From: Hydrolagus affinis
Taxonomy: Eukaryota
Length of the DNA: 64,000 nt
NCBI GenBank assembly: GCA_012026655.1
Contig: JAAILG010001112.1
Coordinates: 1-64,000, forward strand
Direction: 5' to 3'
The translations under genes were made by a program, and so were the position numbers. Shown in pieces: positions 13,301 through 28,300 of the stretch (position 1 is the first letter of the stretch; each line of letters begins with the position of its first letter). Below the pieces are notes generated by a model. That model worked only from the letters and a program-made list of their open reading frames with translations. It was not told where the DNA came from and made no database searches.

Positions 13301-16300
13301 TCTCGCTCAGTAATTGTATTCATTTTCATAGCACCGTTACCTGGGTTTAATTCCCGGTAGGGGGCTAAACCTTGGGTAAGTTTCCTTGTTCCACATTCCT
13401 AATATTATTCCCTCAATAATAATTTGGTCACTCAATCCACAACTGATTGTGGGACACTGTTGTGCACAATTGGCTGCTGCATTTCCCCCGCAAGTATACA
13501 GTCAATTCACTTTACAGTATTATTCTGTCAAGTGCTTTGAGATGTCTCGAAGATGTGAAAAGTGCAATATCAAATGCAAGGATTTTATTATTTATTATTA
13601 TAACTGATCTGAGCCAGAAATCCGACACTCAGTTATGTGCTTCACTGTTGAGGAGTAATGGAAGGTTGGGATCTGCCTTCATTTGCAACTGGGTATTATA
13701 CCCCTGTACATTTTCAATGTGATTCTGTCATGCAGACTACTGTACAACATTTGATCTCAAGATGTAAATGGGATCCAGGGAAAGACTTGCTACTTGCAGA
13801 GGCAGGGAGTGTGCAATGAACAGTTAAGTCCACATAATGTTGTGGTGCCTATTGTTATCTCATAATGTTACAATTTATCTAATGTTATACTAGATGTGTG
13901 GACCCATTAACAAAAGGGGTAGCACTATCAAAGCAATGCTCGACACCCAAAACAATCAAAAGAGATGGGTATATGGTTCAATAGAAGGGCAGGGTGATGG
14001 AAGGCAGATAGTCCAACAAGAAAAGGGTACCTTATTTAAGCTATGTATAATGTTAGAATTTTATCTGTACTGTGTGAATCAACTGCAAAATGACGAGGCT
14101 TTTTTTTTAATTGAATCTTATTCACACATGTGAACCCATCATCACTGTGTGAATGAGAACATTAATTGATGCCAGATTATGTAATTTTGCTCCCAATTCC
14201 TTTGTGTGGACTAGTTGGTCTGAATTGCACATTTCTGTGTTTTTTCTACGTTAAGCTGTGTAATTTAGTAATAATAAAAATTCTTGCATTTGATATAGCG
14301 CCTTAACATGTCTTTGAGACATAACTTATCCTTTTCCATGCACAATATCCATGTTCTGATGGTGATCAACTAAATTGTTCTTCCTGCAGCACTTCCTCTA
14401 TATGGAAAGTACAAGGCATGTGTAATTCTAGTTCTTTTTTGTTGTTTGTTCCCATAATTCATTAAAGACACAGAATGATTAATGATACTTTAACCCAACA
14501 GGTAACCTTGTCAACAGAGTTGGTTTGTCTTCTCACATTTGTTGGACGACTGGCACATTTGTCAAAAATAATTCCTGCAAAGGTGTTTTGGAAAGATGCA
14601 AAAAATATCTGTCTCATCGCCACCATTCTGGTTAGTGTATAATCAAAGCATTGTACAGTATTTAGTATTTTGTATTACCAGCTAGTTATAATACTGAGAG
14701 CTGTTCTGAAAATCTCTATTGAGTAGCCTTGTAGAGATTGACTTGGTCCAATGTGGCAAAACCATTGCTTGGAATCTTCTAGGTAATTTCAATAACTCCC
14801 TTATTATTTTGTACCTCTGTTGCTCCACACTTCGTTGGGAAGGGGGATGTTGATGTTTGGGTTATCTTCATTTGTATATATACAACTAAATTGAAGACAA
14901 GGTTTTTCCCTTCCTCCTTGATTGTGTTGGATGGATGCAGACACAAAGCATCTGTTGCTTGTGTTTATAATCTTAATGCAGTTGTATTTTGTTTAAGCTC
15001 ATGTTGATCGATATTGTTTTGTACTGGACTTTGATCACAAATGGATATTACACGGTGAGGTGGTCAAGAGTTCTGAGGCCGCTTTTCTGTGTGAACTTCA
15101 CTGAGAGTCGTCAGGTAGGTTTTCTATTTTATTTACAACAAATATCCATTTCTAAAATAAATTATTTATTGATCTTGTATATTCACCATAAAGCAAGATC
15201 CAGTTGAGTCACATAATGGAAATAGTAATAATAATTTGATATAGTGCCTTTTTGCATCATCAATGTGTCTAAATGCTTCACAGAATACAATGGAAAGTGG
15301 AGTGACTGTATTTTGGGCAAAGTTTGGCTTTATTCTACACCACTGTCAAGCTCTCTGGGATGCTTCACTGCATAACGGGCATTCTATAAATGCAAGTTGT
15401 TGTTGTGAGGGTTTTTCTCTTGTGAGGGTTTTTCTTGGAAAACAGATTTCCCTGTATCCTTCAATTCCCTCAAGAGACAGGCATATACTGAATGAGTGGC
15501 TGAGGTTAGACAAGGCAGTTGGTTGTCAGACCTTGCCTATGATATTCTGTACTAAAATACATCTTGAAACTACTCATTGGATACTTCTACTGGTTTGATA
15601 TTTCTCTCCCCACTACCCATTCCTCCTGCCCAGTAGAAGAACACTTGTTTGTGCCTCAACACAACACTGGCCTGAGACTGTCAGCTTTGTGCTGGGTGCC
15701 GTGGTGTAGTCCTCCCTGAATCTGAACTTGCACATCATTTTCCTGGAGAGATGATTGTTGGTGCTGCAATAAACTGTTCCATCAGACAGCACTTTAATTG
15801 ACATCACCCAGAGGTGACTGAATTGTGAATCTGATTAAATGGATGTCCACTAAATGGCTGAAAGAAAAGGAGGAAACTGCCAAGCTCTTCCCAATGCTGA
15901 TTTCTCTTGGGAGACGTGGATGAGGCCTGGCCCTATTTTTTTTACTCCTTTGCTCTATCTTTCTTATTTTTAATTTTAATGAGGAAATAGTTTTCATTAT
16001 CTTTCTGGTCAGTTCCTTGGAAGAGTTTTGATGCATCCTCCTGATGGGATAGGAGCTTTATATTTAAAATATCTGGTCTCCACTCCTCTGACAGTCCAGC
16101 TCATATTAGTGATCTGAAATCATGGCATACCTCCCCATACTCTGCACCACAGAAAGGTGTCTTGTGCTGCTCTCTCGGTATGTAATAATAATAATAATCA
16201 TGTTTGATTTTTTTTTAAAAAGTGTATCATCAGGGTAATAATGGATTTTCTTATTCCTGTAGTTGCGAAGAGCTTTCAGGAATATTCGGCAAACTCTCCC

Positions 16301-19300
16301 AGAGATCATGTATGTCTTTGTGCTGTTCATGTTCAGTGTTGCAGTGTTTTCACTTATGGCTTTGAAGCTATTTGAGAAAAGGTGAGATCTCCAACACACT
16401 AACCATCAGACTTTTGTAACACTTTTTGCTAATTCACTCTTGGCACTCAATAAGATTGTTCTGTTCAATCATAGCACAATAAGGAATGTGATATCAGGTG
16501 TGTTTTTTTTTCCAATTTATAATCTTCCTAATACTGTATAATGTATTTGCTGAAAGCCCAAATGTACCTGACCAAAGCATCTCACTGTTTGCAAATCTTC
16601 CATATGACCTTGTGTACAGTTCCATTTTTGCGGTTTGATAAATTTTCTTGTATTACACCACATGAAGAGGAAACTGAACATGCAACTGCGACTTGCACTT
16701 ATAGCATCTTTTACAAAGGAGAATACACTAAGCACTTTACAGAGACCATTCAGAATACAAAATATAAAATACAAACTTTGACATTTAATGCAACTGTCAG
16801 GATGGTGGAAGGCAAACTGGATAGACATTGGTCTTCTTAGCAAATTCTTGTTATAGAAGAAAGATTTGTGATATGGGAAGGGAGCAAGGTAGTGAGACAG
16901 GGGTGGGGGAATAATAGACTGCAGTAGAGCCAGATCGAGGAGTAAGGAGCCTTCAGAAGGAGAGAATGGGCCTAATTAACAAAGTACCTTGGTTTCACTG
17001 TTAAGTACAGTTTAGCGTAATATTTAAGTGTTTTTAGTTATTTGTCATCTGGTATGATAAAGTAGATAAACATCTAAAACAAAAACAGAGGTCGCTGGAA
17101 CTCTCAGCAGGTCAGGCAACATCTATGGAGAAAGGAAAGTGAATCAATGTTTCGGGTGCATGACCATTTATCAGAACTGGGGATATTGGGAGTGAGAGGC
17201 TTTTAAGGATTAACAGAGAGGGGAAGTCAGGGCAAGGAAGGCAAAGGAGAAAATGGGGTAGAGGGCAGGAGATGATGGGTTAAAGAGGTGTTAATGTTGT
17301 GAAACAAAAAGGGGGAATTGCAACAAAATGGAGAAGAGGTGTTAATAATGTTGAAACAAAGTGGGAGTGAAATTGCCAAAGAACAGGCAAATCAGATGTT
17401 GGCAGAAGAGGGCGAAGGTGAGCTGTTATGGATTGAAATTGTTTAAATCAATATTAAGGCCAGAATGCTGTAAGGTCCCTAGCAGATGGATACGGTGCTG
17501 TTCCTCGCAAGTGAGAAGGAGAGTTGAAATGGCCAGCATCTAAATTGGCATACTGAATCTATCAAACCAGTAAAAAATTTATCAAAGCAGTGTCAAGTAT
17601 CAGTATTTATATAAAAATATTGGGTTAAAATGCCCCCAAGTCTTTTGACCTCGGTCTATTCAGTAGACATGAGCACTCTCCCCACAGGAAAGGAGAAAAA
17701 CTCAGAGGATAAGGTGTCACGGTGCATTGACCAATACTTTAATGGTTTGCTATTCCAGTATTAATAGGATTAGATTGTTTGTTTGCTGACAAACTGCCAC
17801 TGATGCTAGCTAATCCAAGATATTTACTTCATGTTTTAATATCTGGGTGCTATTAGAATGCCAGGGACATGGGGTGATGGGATTTAAGCACTTCAAGACA
17901 CTACCCCGAATGAAGGAAACTATAAAAATTGAAGTGGTTGTACAGTTGAATGTAATTTGAACTATTATTGCATTCAATGCTTAATAGGGAATAATTGCTT
18001 TTCCCTTATTAGGTGGATCAATAAATAACTTGTTTTCGTGCACTTTTTTTTAAAAAAGAAACAAATTATTGCACATTTAGTTTTGATGATAAAACTCCAC
18101 AAATTTCTTCAGGAATGGATTGTCAATTTTTGACATTGCCACAGATTCACACAAAATGTGTTGTACTGTACTTTTGACAACAATTTGATAACAATTCAAC
18201 TTTGCTTTACAGGAATTTAACTACTTCGAAAGGAGCTCCCTACTTCTCCAACTATGCGGATATATTCTTTGATCTCTACGTGCTTGTGACAACGGCAAAT
18301 AGTCCTGATGTGATGTATGTAGTATATACAAACAAGTATTTCTGTTACCTATTTTTAAAAAAAAATCATTCTAGAGTTCTTTTTATAAAGCGTTTTTTTA
18401 AAACAAAATACTTGCACCTAAATGTGCATTGTTTCGTTCTTTATAAAATTACACCAATGCTGTATTCAGAGCATGTTGGGTTTTACTCTGATGTTAAAAA
18501 TTGTCATTTGCAAAAGCTAGTATTGTAGTTGGCTGCAGTACATTACTCCATTTTTAAACAAATACAAAGTGTGAATATGTCCATCCTAGCAATCTTTACT
18601 CCTAGTCTGAACTGCCGAATATTACTTGGTTTATATTTGGAATCATTTACACTTGAGGTAAGAGCAGTCTGTGTTGAGCAGAATGTTTTATACCTTCTGG
18701 TTAGATATAACTTGGGTAATGCCAGAGGCTCTGGAACTCCCTTCCTCACTCCCTTCGCCTCGCCCCTCTCTTCCTACCTTCGGGTCTCGGCTGAAGACCT
18801 TTCTTTTCGACTGTGCTTTTGGTTACCTTCTTTCCCCCTCCCCCTGGCGCAGCTGTGGGATCCATTATTGGGAAGCGCTCTGAGATGCCGTCTGGCATGG
18901 AGGGCGCTATATAAATCCAAGTTGTTGTTGCCTTAAATTAAGCTGCTCTGCAATGCACCATAAATAGTTAGAGAATTTAGTAAATTAAACCACAATGCAG
19001 ATGAGGATCTAGACCATCTCGCAGATTGAGATCTGATCCCTGACTTTTATATTGTTTCAGATTCTGAATTTAGATTTTTGTAGGCTCTAGGTTTTAAGGC
19101 TTTCATGAAAATGTCAGTGATCTTCAGAGGCGACATTGGGAGGGGGTGGGGGTGCTCATTCTGTCTATTCAATTAAAGATCACAATATTGGTTTGGATGA
19201 GGAAGACTCTTTGGCCAATTTGATCTTCTCCTTTCAGAGTATCTACTCCTCCTCCCATTACAGCATTAAGCTGTTTCTTAAACGATTACAGATCCTTGCC

Positions 19301-22300
19301 CTCATCCACCCTTCCTTGAACTTTTCTCTAGTTGTTACTCTGGGTAAAGAAATACTTCCTGGTGTCAGTCATGTAATTTCCCTTTGCAACTCTAAACTTG
19401 GGTCCACTTGTTGTGCTATTTCGCGTATCCGATAATAATAGTCAGAGATGAGCAGACTGCTGCTGTTTGGTTTTTAAAATGTTAATACGTACCATGTAAT
19501 GACTTGAGGATTAACTTGACTTGCGTGAGGTTTGGATGAAGTATTTATTTTCGTGCTTGTTTTTCAGGATGCCAGCATATAACGTCAGCTGGGGGTATTC
19601 AATTTTCTTTGTTGTTTATATAATCGTAAATACCTACACCTTCATGTCTCTCTTCCTGGCTGTTGTGTACAATAATTACAAGAAACATTTAAAGGTATGT
19701 ACTTAATTTGGAAACTCCAGGCAGCAGAAAATGCAGGTGTTTCACATGTAGCAATGAATAGCAATCGATCATATTAAGCACCTTTAGAGATTGGAGTTGA
19801 GCTGAAATGTACTCCTTCAACAGGAAACTACTGTACTTTCTTTTCCAGAGATATGGGAGTTCAAAATGTTGACTTCACTAATCTATCTAGAGCGCCTTGG
19901 GACGTCCTCCTGATGTGAGGGGCTCTCTATAAATGTGATTTGTTTTTTTGGAAACAGCATCAACTTTGGGAACTGTTTGTTCCCATTTTGAACAGTTGAA
20001 ATGCAGTCAATGTTTAATTAAATATCTCCACCTGCATCTATTGTGTGTGTTTTTTTTAACATTATCTTTTTTAACATTCTAACTGAGCGGAGTGGGAAGG
20101 CAGAGTAGTGGAGTTAATAAGTTTTTTTTTGAGGGATCATTACCAGGCGTATGGAGTAAGGAAACTTGCCCAAGGTTTCTCCCTGCTGGGAATCGAACGA
20201 AGGGCGCTTGCTTGTAAGGCGAGTGCTCTAATTACTGAGCTGCAGGACTCCACAGTTACACACCTAACTTTGAAACGTCTCAAAGTCTTCACGGTGACGA
20301 TGGTCATGTTGTAAATGACCAGTTCATCAAGGACTCGTTTGTTACTGTAATTGGATTTTTTTTTTAACAGCAACAACAAAATTACATTTGTACATTCCTT
20401 TGGTTGGTGGTGTATATATCATGCAATATAATAATAATCCTTGCATTTGATATAGCGCTATTCACATATTTTAGACGTCTCAGAGCGCTTCAAAGAATAT
20501 ACTGTATATTTGTGGGCAAAATGCAGCAGCCAATTGTGCACAGCAGTGTCCCACAAACAAATGCAAATAGTTGTTGTTATGCTATTGGAATAAAATACTC
20601 TTTTCATTCACTGCTGAAAGCAGGTAGTGCTGGATTGAGAAAATCACTTAGTTTGCTAATTCAAAAATATAAGTGCCAAAAGTGGTTTGCCATTCATGGT
20701 TTACAGTCTCTTCGCTAGCCTTCCTGTGTTTATCAATATAGTACACCAAAGATTCTTGCTTCTCTGAACATTCCTTCCAATTTCCAAATGCATCATCCTA
20801 CCCACGCTTTCTCATTACACTGTCTTCTGCTTTAATTCATTACTACCGCCTTTAGGGAAATTTTCTTAGTTTCTCTCAATCATTTCCTGCTCCTTTAACA
20901 TACTTAAAAAAAACTCTAGTTTCATGTCACTTAATAATAATCTTTGCACGTATCCCCTACACTTGATTTACCTTGTAACCTTTCCTCTTCTTTGGACCTT
21001 GGTGGTGTTCTGCACCATGAGCCTAACAACAACAACAATATACCCCTCCTAATAGCTCAGGTACCTCATTACTGGTAACCATAGCGAACATCAGCGAAGT
21101 TGCAAGAGCAAACCAGAGCAAACATCATATTTGCCAACAAATATTGGCAACTTCTGCCCTGTTTAAAGTTCTTATTAAAGTAAACCCCAAGGATTTCCTG
21201 CACCTTGGATCACTGAAAATTTTAAACAGAAATCACAAATAGTTGTTTTGTAAATATTGTAAGTTCGACGGCTTTTAATACCGATCTTTGAAAAATATGT
21301 TTATATGCGGTAGTTGTACATCAAGATGAAACACATAAGATGATTGTGTTTTTTTTCAGAATGAAGTAAGAAAATTAGTTTTAATGAAGCGCAGGAAGAT
21401 GGTTGAAGCATTTAACCTCCTGAAGGTGCAGGATGAAAGCAAGTTCATAATTCTGGAAGCAGATTGGAAGCAGCTGGTGAGAATGGTGGCCCCAGATGTC
21501 CCCAATGCCCATCGAGAACTACTGTGGAGAGTTTGTGATGAAGACCAGAAGGGCTATGTTGGTGTGTATCTATACAAATTGCAATCTTTTCTTCGGAAGG
21601 AAAAGATCCATTATACCTCAGAACGTGTTTCCTTGACTGCACTTTCGATGATCTGTCCCATCTCCTTGGGTCGTCCTCCTGATATTAAGTGTAAAATTAT
21701 TTGTGCAGTTCCAGCAAATTGTCTAATGTTTATCATTGTTCCTGGTGATTGGGAAGATAGAGGCCTAGATACTCATAACTTCATCTAATTTCAATATTCT
21801 TCTGTGAAGATCTTGGAAAATTTTATTGCCTCTCGTTTTGGTGACCATGGGGAAATGTTGTGTCTTCGCATTATAATAAATTTATGTTATAGTGGGCGCT
21901 TTGATTTCTGATTATGCTAAATTACACTATATAGGCTTTCACCATTTAAAGACTAGGGGGAAATTGTTAGAAGAGACCTGTGTCTTCCATTGTAGGCTAT
22001 GCAATATCCGAAGCCTTTTTTTGGTCAAAGGAGTCTTAATTTAATTGACATTCATTCTTATGACTTAATGTGACTAAAAAAAAAAGAACTGTAACTTTAT
22101 TTATTAAATCAGAATAACCTTTGAAAACAAAATGTGGAGCCTCAACATTTTGTTTAATCACAAAGTAACTTTGAGTGAAGAAGATCAGCGGTTTTTGTTT
22201 CAGATTTTTTTGTATGTGTTTTAATTCCAAAGTAATTTATATCATTATCTTCCACAGAACAAGAAGCTTTCATCCAGTTAGCAGATCTTCTAAATATTCA

Positions 22301-25300
22301 AATTGTTCAGATAAATGAAAGAATTCATCCACTTGAGGTGTACATGCCAACCATATACACTTCGGCAGTCAGTCAGTTCATACGCAGAGTGGTCAAGCAC
22401 AGGTATGTGCAATGCTGTAGGCTTTCAAAGCTTTAAACGTCCTATGCTGCTATTGTACTTTTTAATAATAATCCTTGCATTTGATGTAGTGCCTTATCAC
22501 GTCTTCAAGACGTCTCAAAGGTTTCACTTTTGTAAAGTGATTTGAATATATTTTATGGGCAAAACACGGCAAATAATTGTGTACAGCAGTGTGGATTAAC
22601 AATCCATGACAAACAGTCGTGGATTGAAGAGACCAATTTTTTTTTATTTTGAAGGAATTATTACCCCCGGAAAAAAGATCTGCGAATCGACTAACAATCG
22701 GCTTCTTATTTACTGCTAGGTAACCAGAGGCATGTGGAGTAAAAAAGCTTTTGCAACGTTTTTGCGTGCCGGGAGTCAAACCCAAGTCCTCTCACTCGCG
22801 AGGCGAGTGACCTAAACACCAAGCTGCAGGACTCTACTGTGATTAAAACACTTCTTTATTGATTATCTCTGACTAGTGACCTAATGTACTTCAGCACAAT
22901 GACAGGATTCCTCATGAAAGAGATACCTGGCTGACTAAAAATAAATAACCCTTTATTGTGACTGTCATGACCATCGACTGTCTGTACAAAACAACTCAAA
23001 CCATGAAACTCATGAAATGAGCTCTATTTATTCTCAGAATCTCTAGGTTAGAGACAAGGGGGTATCAGCCAGGATTTCTGCTCTTGTTTTCAAGCATTAC
23101 AGTATTGGATGGTAATCCAGTGGAAAACGTGGCTGTATATTTCTTCTTCATTGCCAAAGATCATGAAATGAATTGTAGTACCCAGCAGAAGTCATCTAGC
23201 TCAGGCATAGAAACCAATCTGTGATGTGTGCTATATTGGTTATTGATTTTATCCATTTGTACTCTTCAATGTGTTAAATTTAGCTTCTGGCTAGAAGTAC
23301 AAAAAAAATTAACAATTTCACTTTCTACCCTTAATTAATTCAGACTCAATGAGATTTGTGTCTGATGCCACAGTGATTTATTTGTGTGTCTTTTTAAGTT
23401 ACAGTATAAACCTTGTATTTGATATTATAATCATAATCCTTGCATTTGAATTAGCGCTTTTCACATCTTCTATAGGTCTCAAAGCGCTTGACAGAATATA
23501 CTGTAAAAGGAATTGACTGAATAATTATGGGTGAAACAAGATTGCACACAACAGTGTCCCACAAACAGTCGTGGATTGAAAGACCAAATTATTATTTTTA
23601 TTGGAGTGGGGGAGATTATTATCAGACATGTGGAGTAAGGAAACTTGCCCAAGGTTTCGCCCTGCCAGTAATTGAATCCAGGTCTCTCACTTGTGAAACG
23701 AGTGTTATACACTTTATCGCATTGGCTATGCTAGTCTTTCGGCTTGTCCCTCATCTAATATACTTGTGTGTGTTTTGTCCACAAGTATACAGTTAATTCA
23801 CTTTACAGTATATTCTGTGAAGTGCTTTGAGATGTCTAGAAGACGTGAAAAGTACTACAGTATATCAAATGCAAGGATTATTATTATACAGTAATAAGAT
23901 TCTATTAATGTGTTGCTTGCTGCATGTTTTTCTCCTCCAGGGGGTTTCGGTACTTGTACGATTTTATCATTTTCGTGAATACTATCTTCATTTGTGGCGA
24001 TGAGGCCAACCCTTACATATCCATGGCAGAGTGGGTCTTTTTGACTCTCTACTTGATTGAAATTGTGCTCAAACTATACTCATACGAACCCAGAGCATAT
24101 TTCGGGAAGAATCAGTTTTGGAATTGGTAAGTTTTTTTTTCATACTTGTTTTGGTTTAGGAATAATTTAGGCAGATGTTAACATTTATTTTTACTCTCCA
24201 GGTATGACACCATAATAGTACTTGCAGCTTTGTTGGGCACTATAACCAATACTGCAATCAAATCAGGTACGTATTGCCTGATGATTTTATTGAATTGTGA
24301 CTATCTTTCTCTTCTCTCTTTCTTCCTCAACTAAAATTAGGATCTGTTTCACATCAAAACTAATCAATGTCCCAGCACTTTGGGAAGTCCTCCCAACTTG
24401 AAAGGCACTCTATAAATGTAATTTTGTTGTTGTAATTGAAAATTCCTTCCTTCACAAATCCTGGATAATTTTCAGCTTTTATAGCATAATCCCTTCATGT
24501 GCAAATATGTTTTGCTAATGTCAGCAGTATGTTACATGTACCTATAATGTGTGATGTGTACGCATTTTGTTACATTTTCAGTGATCAGACATTGGATGCT
24601 CCTCACAGTATATCTCTCAGTGTTAAATTTCCAATGGTCTGTCTCTGTCAATCCAATATATTCCAGACACACCTACACCACAAAATCTGCTGCATCAGCA
24701 ATTTTCAGTCATCGTCTTCAGAGAGCAGAACCTCCATCACTGATGTCTTGTATGCATTTTGGAGATGTTTTGCTACACTCTGGGTTAGTTGCTGGTGTAC
24801 AGCACTTGCTGATGGTGCACTGAAGCGAGGCCATCAAAAATATACTCCAGTCAGAACGGCTACGACACTGCTGTATGTTGCTGTGATAGTTGAAAATTAT
24901 TGATTTGGTGTTGAATATTGCTTTGCAAGTATATGCATTTTGTTATTCATTTTTCTTGTTTTATGTGCATTTTTGCAAATAAACTTTACCTCAATGATCA
25001 ATTAAATCCCAACTTGAGGGCCACAGTTAAATATGTAAAATAGTCACCCAGTCCATATGTTGGCCATCTCTATATTAAATAATGAAACATAAGGCAATCA
25101 AAACATTTGCATTGGTTGCATAGTATTTCTGAAAGTTTTTTATTTTTCTGTCCTTCGTGGCCCCTTACTGTCTCTGAAATAGTAAACCTCTAAAGAGCTG
25201 TGTCAACTAGTAGTGGAGCGCAGATTTACCATTTGATTGCTAAATGAGAAGAACAACAACTTGCATTCATGCAGCTCCCTTCAAATGGCTAGCATCTCAG

Positions 25301-28300
25301 AGCACTTAGCAGTACAAAGTTTGACGTTGAGCTGGTGGGGGAGAAGGAGGCATGGGCTTAGTCTTAGGCATGGTCGAAAAGGACCGTCAGGTACAATCTG
25401 AAGATGGGCAAGGCAGAGGTTTTGAGGCAGAGAGTTTCATAGTTTCAGGGTGCAATGGCTGAAAGCACAGCCACCAATAGTGGAGCAGAGGGGATGAGGC
25501 CAGAGCCAGCTAAGCAAAATGAACAGAGGAATGGTGTGTAAGCAAATCAGAGAGGCAGCGAGGTGCAAGTGATTTTTGTATGCTAGTGTGATGATCTTGA
25601 AATTCATCCATTCTACAATAGAAAGCAATGGGAGCCTGGCAAAGGCAACAAATTACACTTTTAATAATGCCCAAGACATTGGAAAGATGTCCCCGGATGC
25701 TCCAAATCTGGGTTAATGAAGACGCCAAATTTGGTACAAGTGTGGATATAGGTGGTGAAGTTTTGAATCAATTGGATTTTCTGGAGCTGGGAAGACCAGT
25801 GAGGAATGTATTGGAATCGTCAAGACAGGAACAACAACAAAGTTACATTTGTATATCGCCTTGGACTTGTTGCCATTCAACTGAAGAAAGTTAACTCTCA
25901 TCCAGGACGATGTCTGACAAACATTCTGTCAGGACAGCAGTGGCCCTGAAGTCACGGGTGGAGGCAGAGAGATACAATTAGATGTCATCTGCATACATGT
26001 GGAAGTTGACCCCATGTCTGCAGATGATGTCACCAAGAGGGAGCATATATATGTTGAAAAGGAGAAACCAAGGAAGGAGCTCTGAGGAAAGCCACACAAG
26101 ATGGGGGGGAAACCATTTGTGGGTATGAAATGGAGATGGTGTAAAAGGTATGATCTGAACCATTCCAGGACAGAATCATGTTGAGGTGAGAGGAGGGGCT
26201 GTGGAGGTAACACTGTCGAAGGCAGCAGAGAGGTCAAGCAGTTGAGGTGGCAGAGGGAGCCCTGGTCACAGATAGACAGAATGTCATTTAGCCTAGGGCT
26301 GATTCTGTGCTTTGAGCGCATGGAAACCTGATTGAAGGGGTTCGTGAAGAGAGTGGCGAGAGGGGAAGGGGGGATGCTGGGATGTTGGATGTGAGGCACG
26401 GTCAGAGGCAGGCAATATAGTTTTCTTATTAGTTTTCTTTTAGGCAAAAGCATTATGGGATATAATACATAGCTGGTTTGGGAGATATGTGCATGTGATT
26501 GCCTGGAAGGTGAACTAGATGGACCTTGTTATGTTTTTGTCTAGTGTAGGTGGAGGAAAGTGGTCCTGGTGAGGCACAAGATGTGGAGTAAGAAGGACAG
26601 ATGGGAATCCAAGCTGATGCCTAAGTTAGGCACAGGTTTATCACGTTTTAGCAAGAACTGGGGAGGTTAGGCGGTTGGAGCAGCAGGTGAGATGTTAATA
26701 GGAACTGGTGGATAGCTTTTGTCTTGTTAACATTCAGCTGCAAAACATTGGCGCTCATCCAAAAAGTAAAGTTATAAAACGTCTGATTCAATAAGTATGC
26801 CTTCTGCCTTGTGTCGTGACAGGACTGTTGGGACATCCTCCCAATGTGAAAGGTGCTATACAAATGTAAATTTGTAATGTTTTGACAAAAAGCTATCATT
26901 TCCTTAAGGGCCAGCTAGCACAAACTCACTTGATTGTGGAGGAAATAACAGAGAATCTGCAAACAGATCACAAATGTTTTCCTGAGGGTAGCTGAAACAC
27001 CACATGCCGTTCTGAATTGAAAAACGCTGGTTTATGAGTCTTCTGGAAGCGCATGTGCTTAAAGATTCACCTGTGGGATTATTGCTCAAAGATTTCCATC
27101 AAGTTAATCGTGGTCCATGTACACTTGGGTTAGCAGCAGGAGGTTTTCTCCATTCAAAATATATATTTTTTGTAATGAAGTGTTTGTTAATCAGGGGACC
27201 CAAAAAGCAACAGCAGCAAAATACCAATTAGGTAGGGGAAGGGGAAATTTGTAGCACAACACTACATGCAAATTGATAGGTTGAGTAGAGACTCTGTGGG
27301 TGAGGTTGTGGCAACTTTGGTAACTCACTTTTTGTGATAATAGTAAAATGTAGGGTATTGTTACTTGTTCTGGAATAGCCTGGTTCACCAATGTAAATTC
27401 AGGTTATATTTACCATACAGTGAGCTGGATTATGTGCTGTTAACCACACAATGGTTCTAAGAACATATTTTCTGAAATGCAGTTCTCCACATAATTATAC
27501 CATTATTTAGAGTCTGGGGCTGTTCATACCATTGCATGTGCTACATTTGAGGTACCTAGTTCACGAACAGTGTGTTTAATGTATTCTCGCCTTTCAGTGA
27601 ATGGATATTCCAATCAGCAGATCTTGGACATTGTGTTCATCTTGAGAATCCTTCGAACAGTCAGGATTATTGATGACATCAACAGGTAAAAACTGAAGTT
27701 CTGACTTTTTATTAAAAAAAGAAACCATGTGAAATTTATAAGTAGTGTTACATGCCAGAGGAATGATTGATGTCTGCAGATATTGACATCTTTCAGGGCT
27801 CATACTTGATTGGGCCGATACAGTCCAGATCCACTACTTTGAGCCAAGAAAGATCTGGAGAGAAAAATAATGGATTACTAAGTGAGACATCTGGAGCCTT
27901 ACAATTATATAAAAGTGACACAGAACAGAGATTTGAGATACAGTACCTTGCTTTATTTTCACTTTTAGTGGCACAATAGTTCCCACCCACTCTGGAACAA
28001 ATGTAAATTGTTGTCGTAGATGAGGCTACCAACTTAACATTTGTATTTCTTTAAACAACAACTCGCAAATAGGGATTTGAGCTCAGTCCAGGCTGCCTCT
28101 TCGTACAATATTAACACTGCATTGTCTGATGGTACTGTCTTCCAGATGAGACATTAATATGAGAGCATAAAAAATTCAAGATGAAAAAAGACAAGGTCCA
28201 TCTAGTTCTCCATCCACCTTCCTGTCGATCACATGCACATATGTCCCAAACTAACTAATGTACTATATCCCATAATGCTATTTCCTAAAAGAAAGCTATC

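Noticed and set aside
25929-26453. 174-aa and similar 100-170 aa ORFs (40454, 49024, 59907, 30098)
   Set aside because: Off-frame or degenerate translations of L2 fragments
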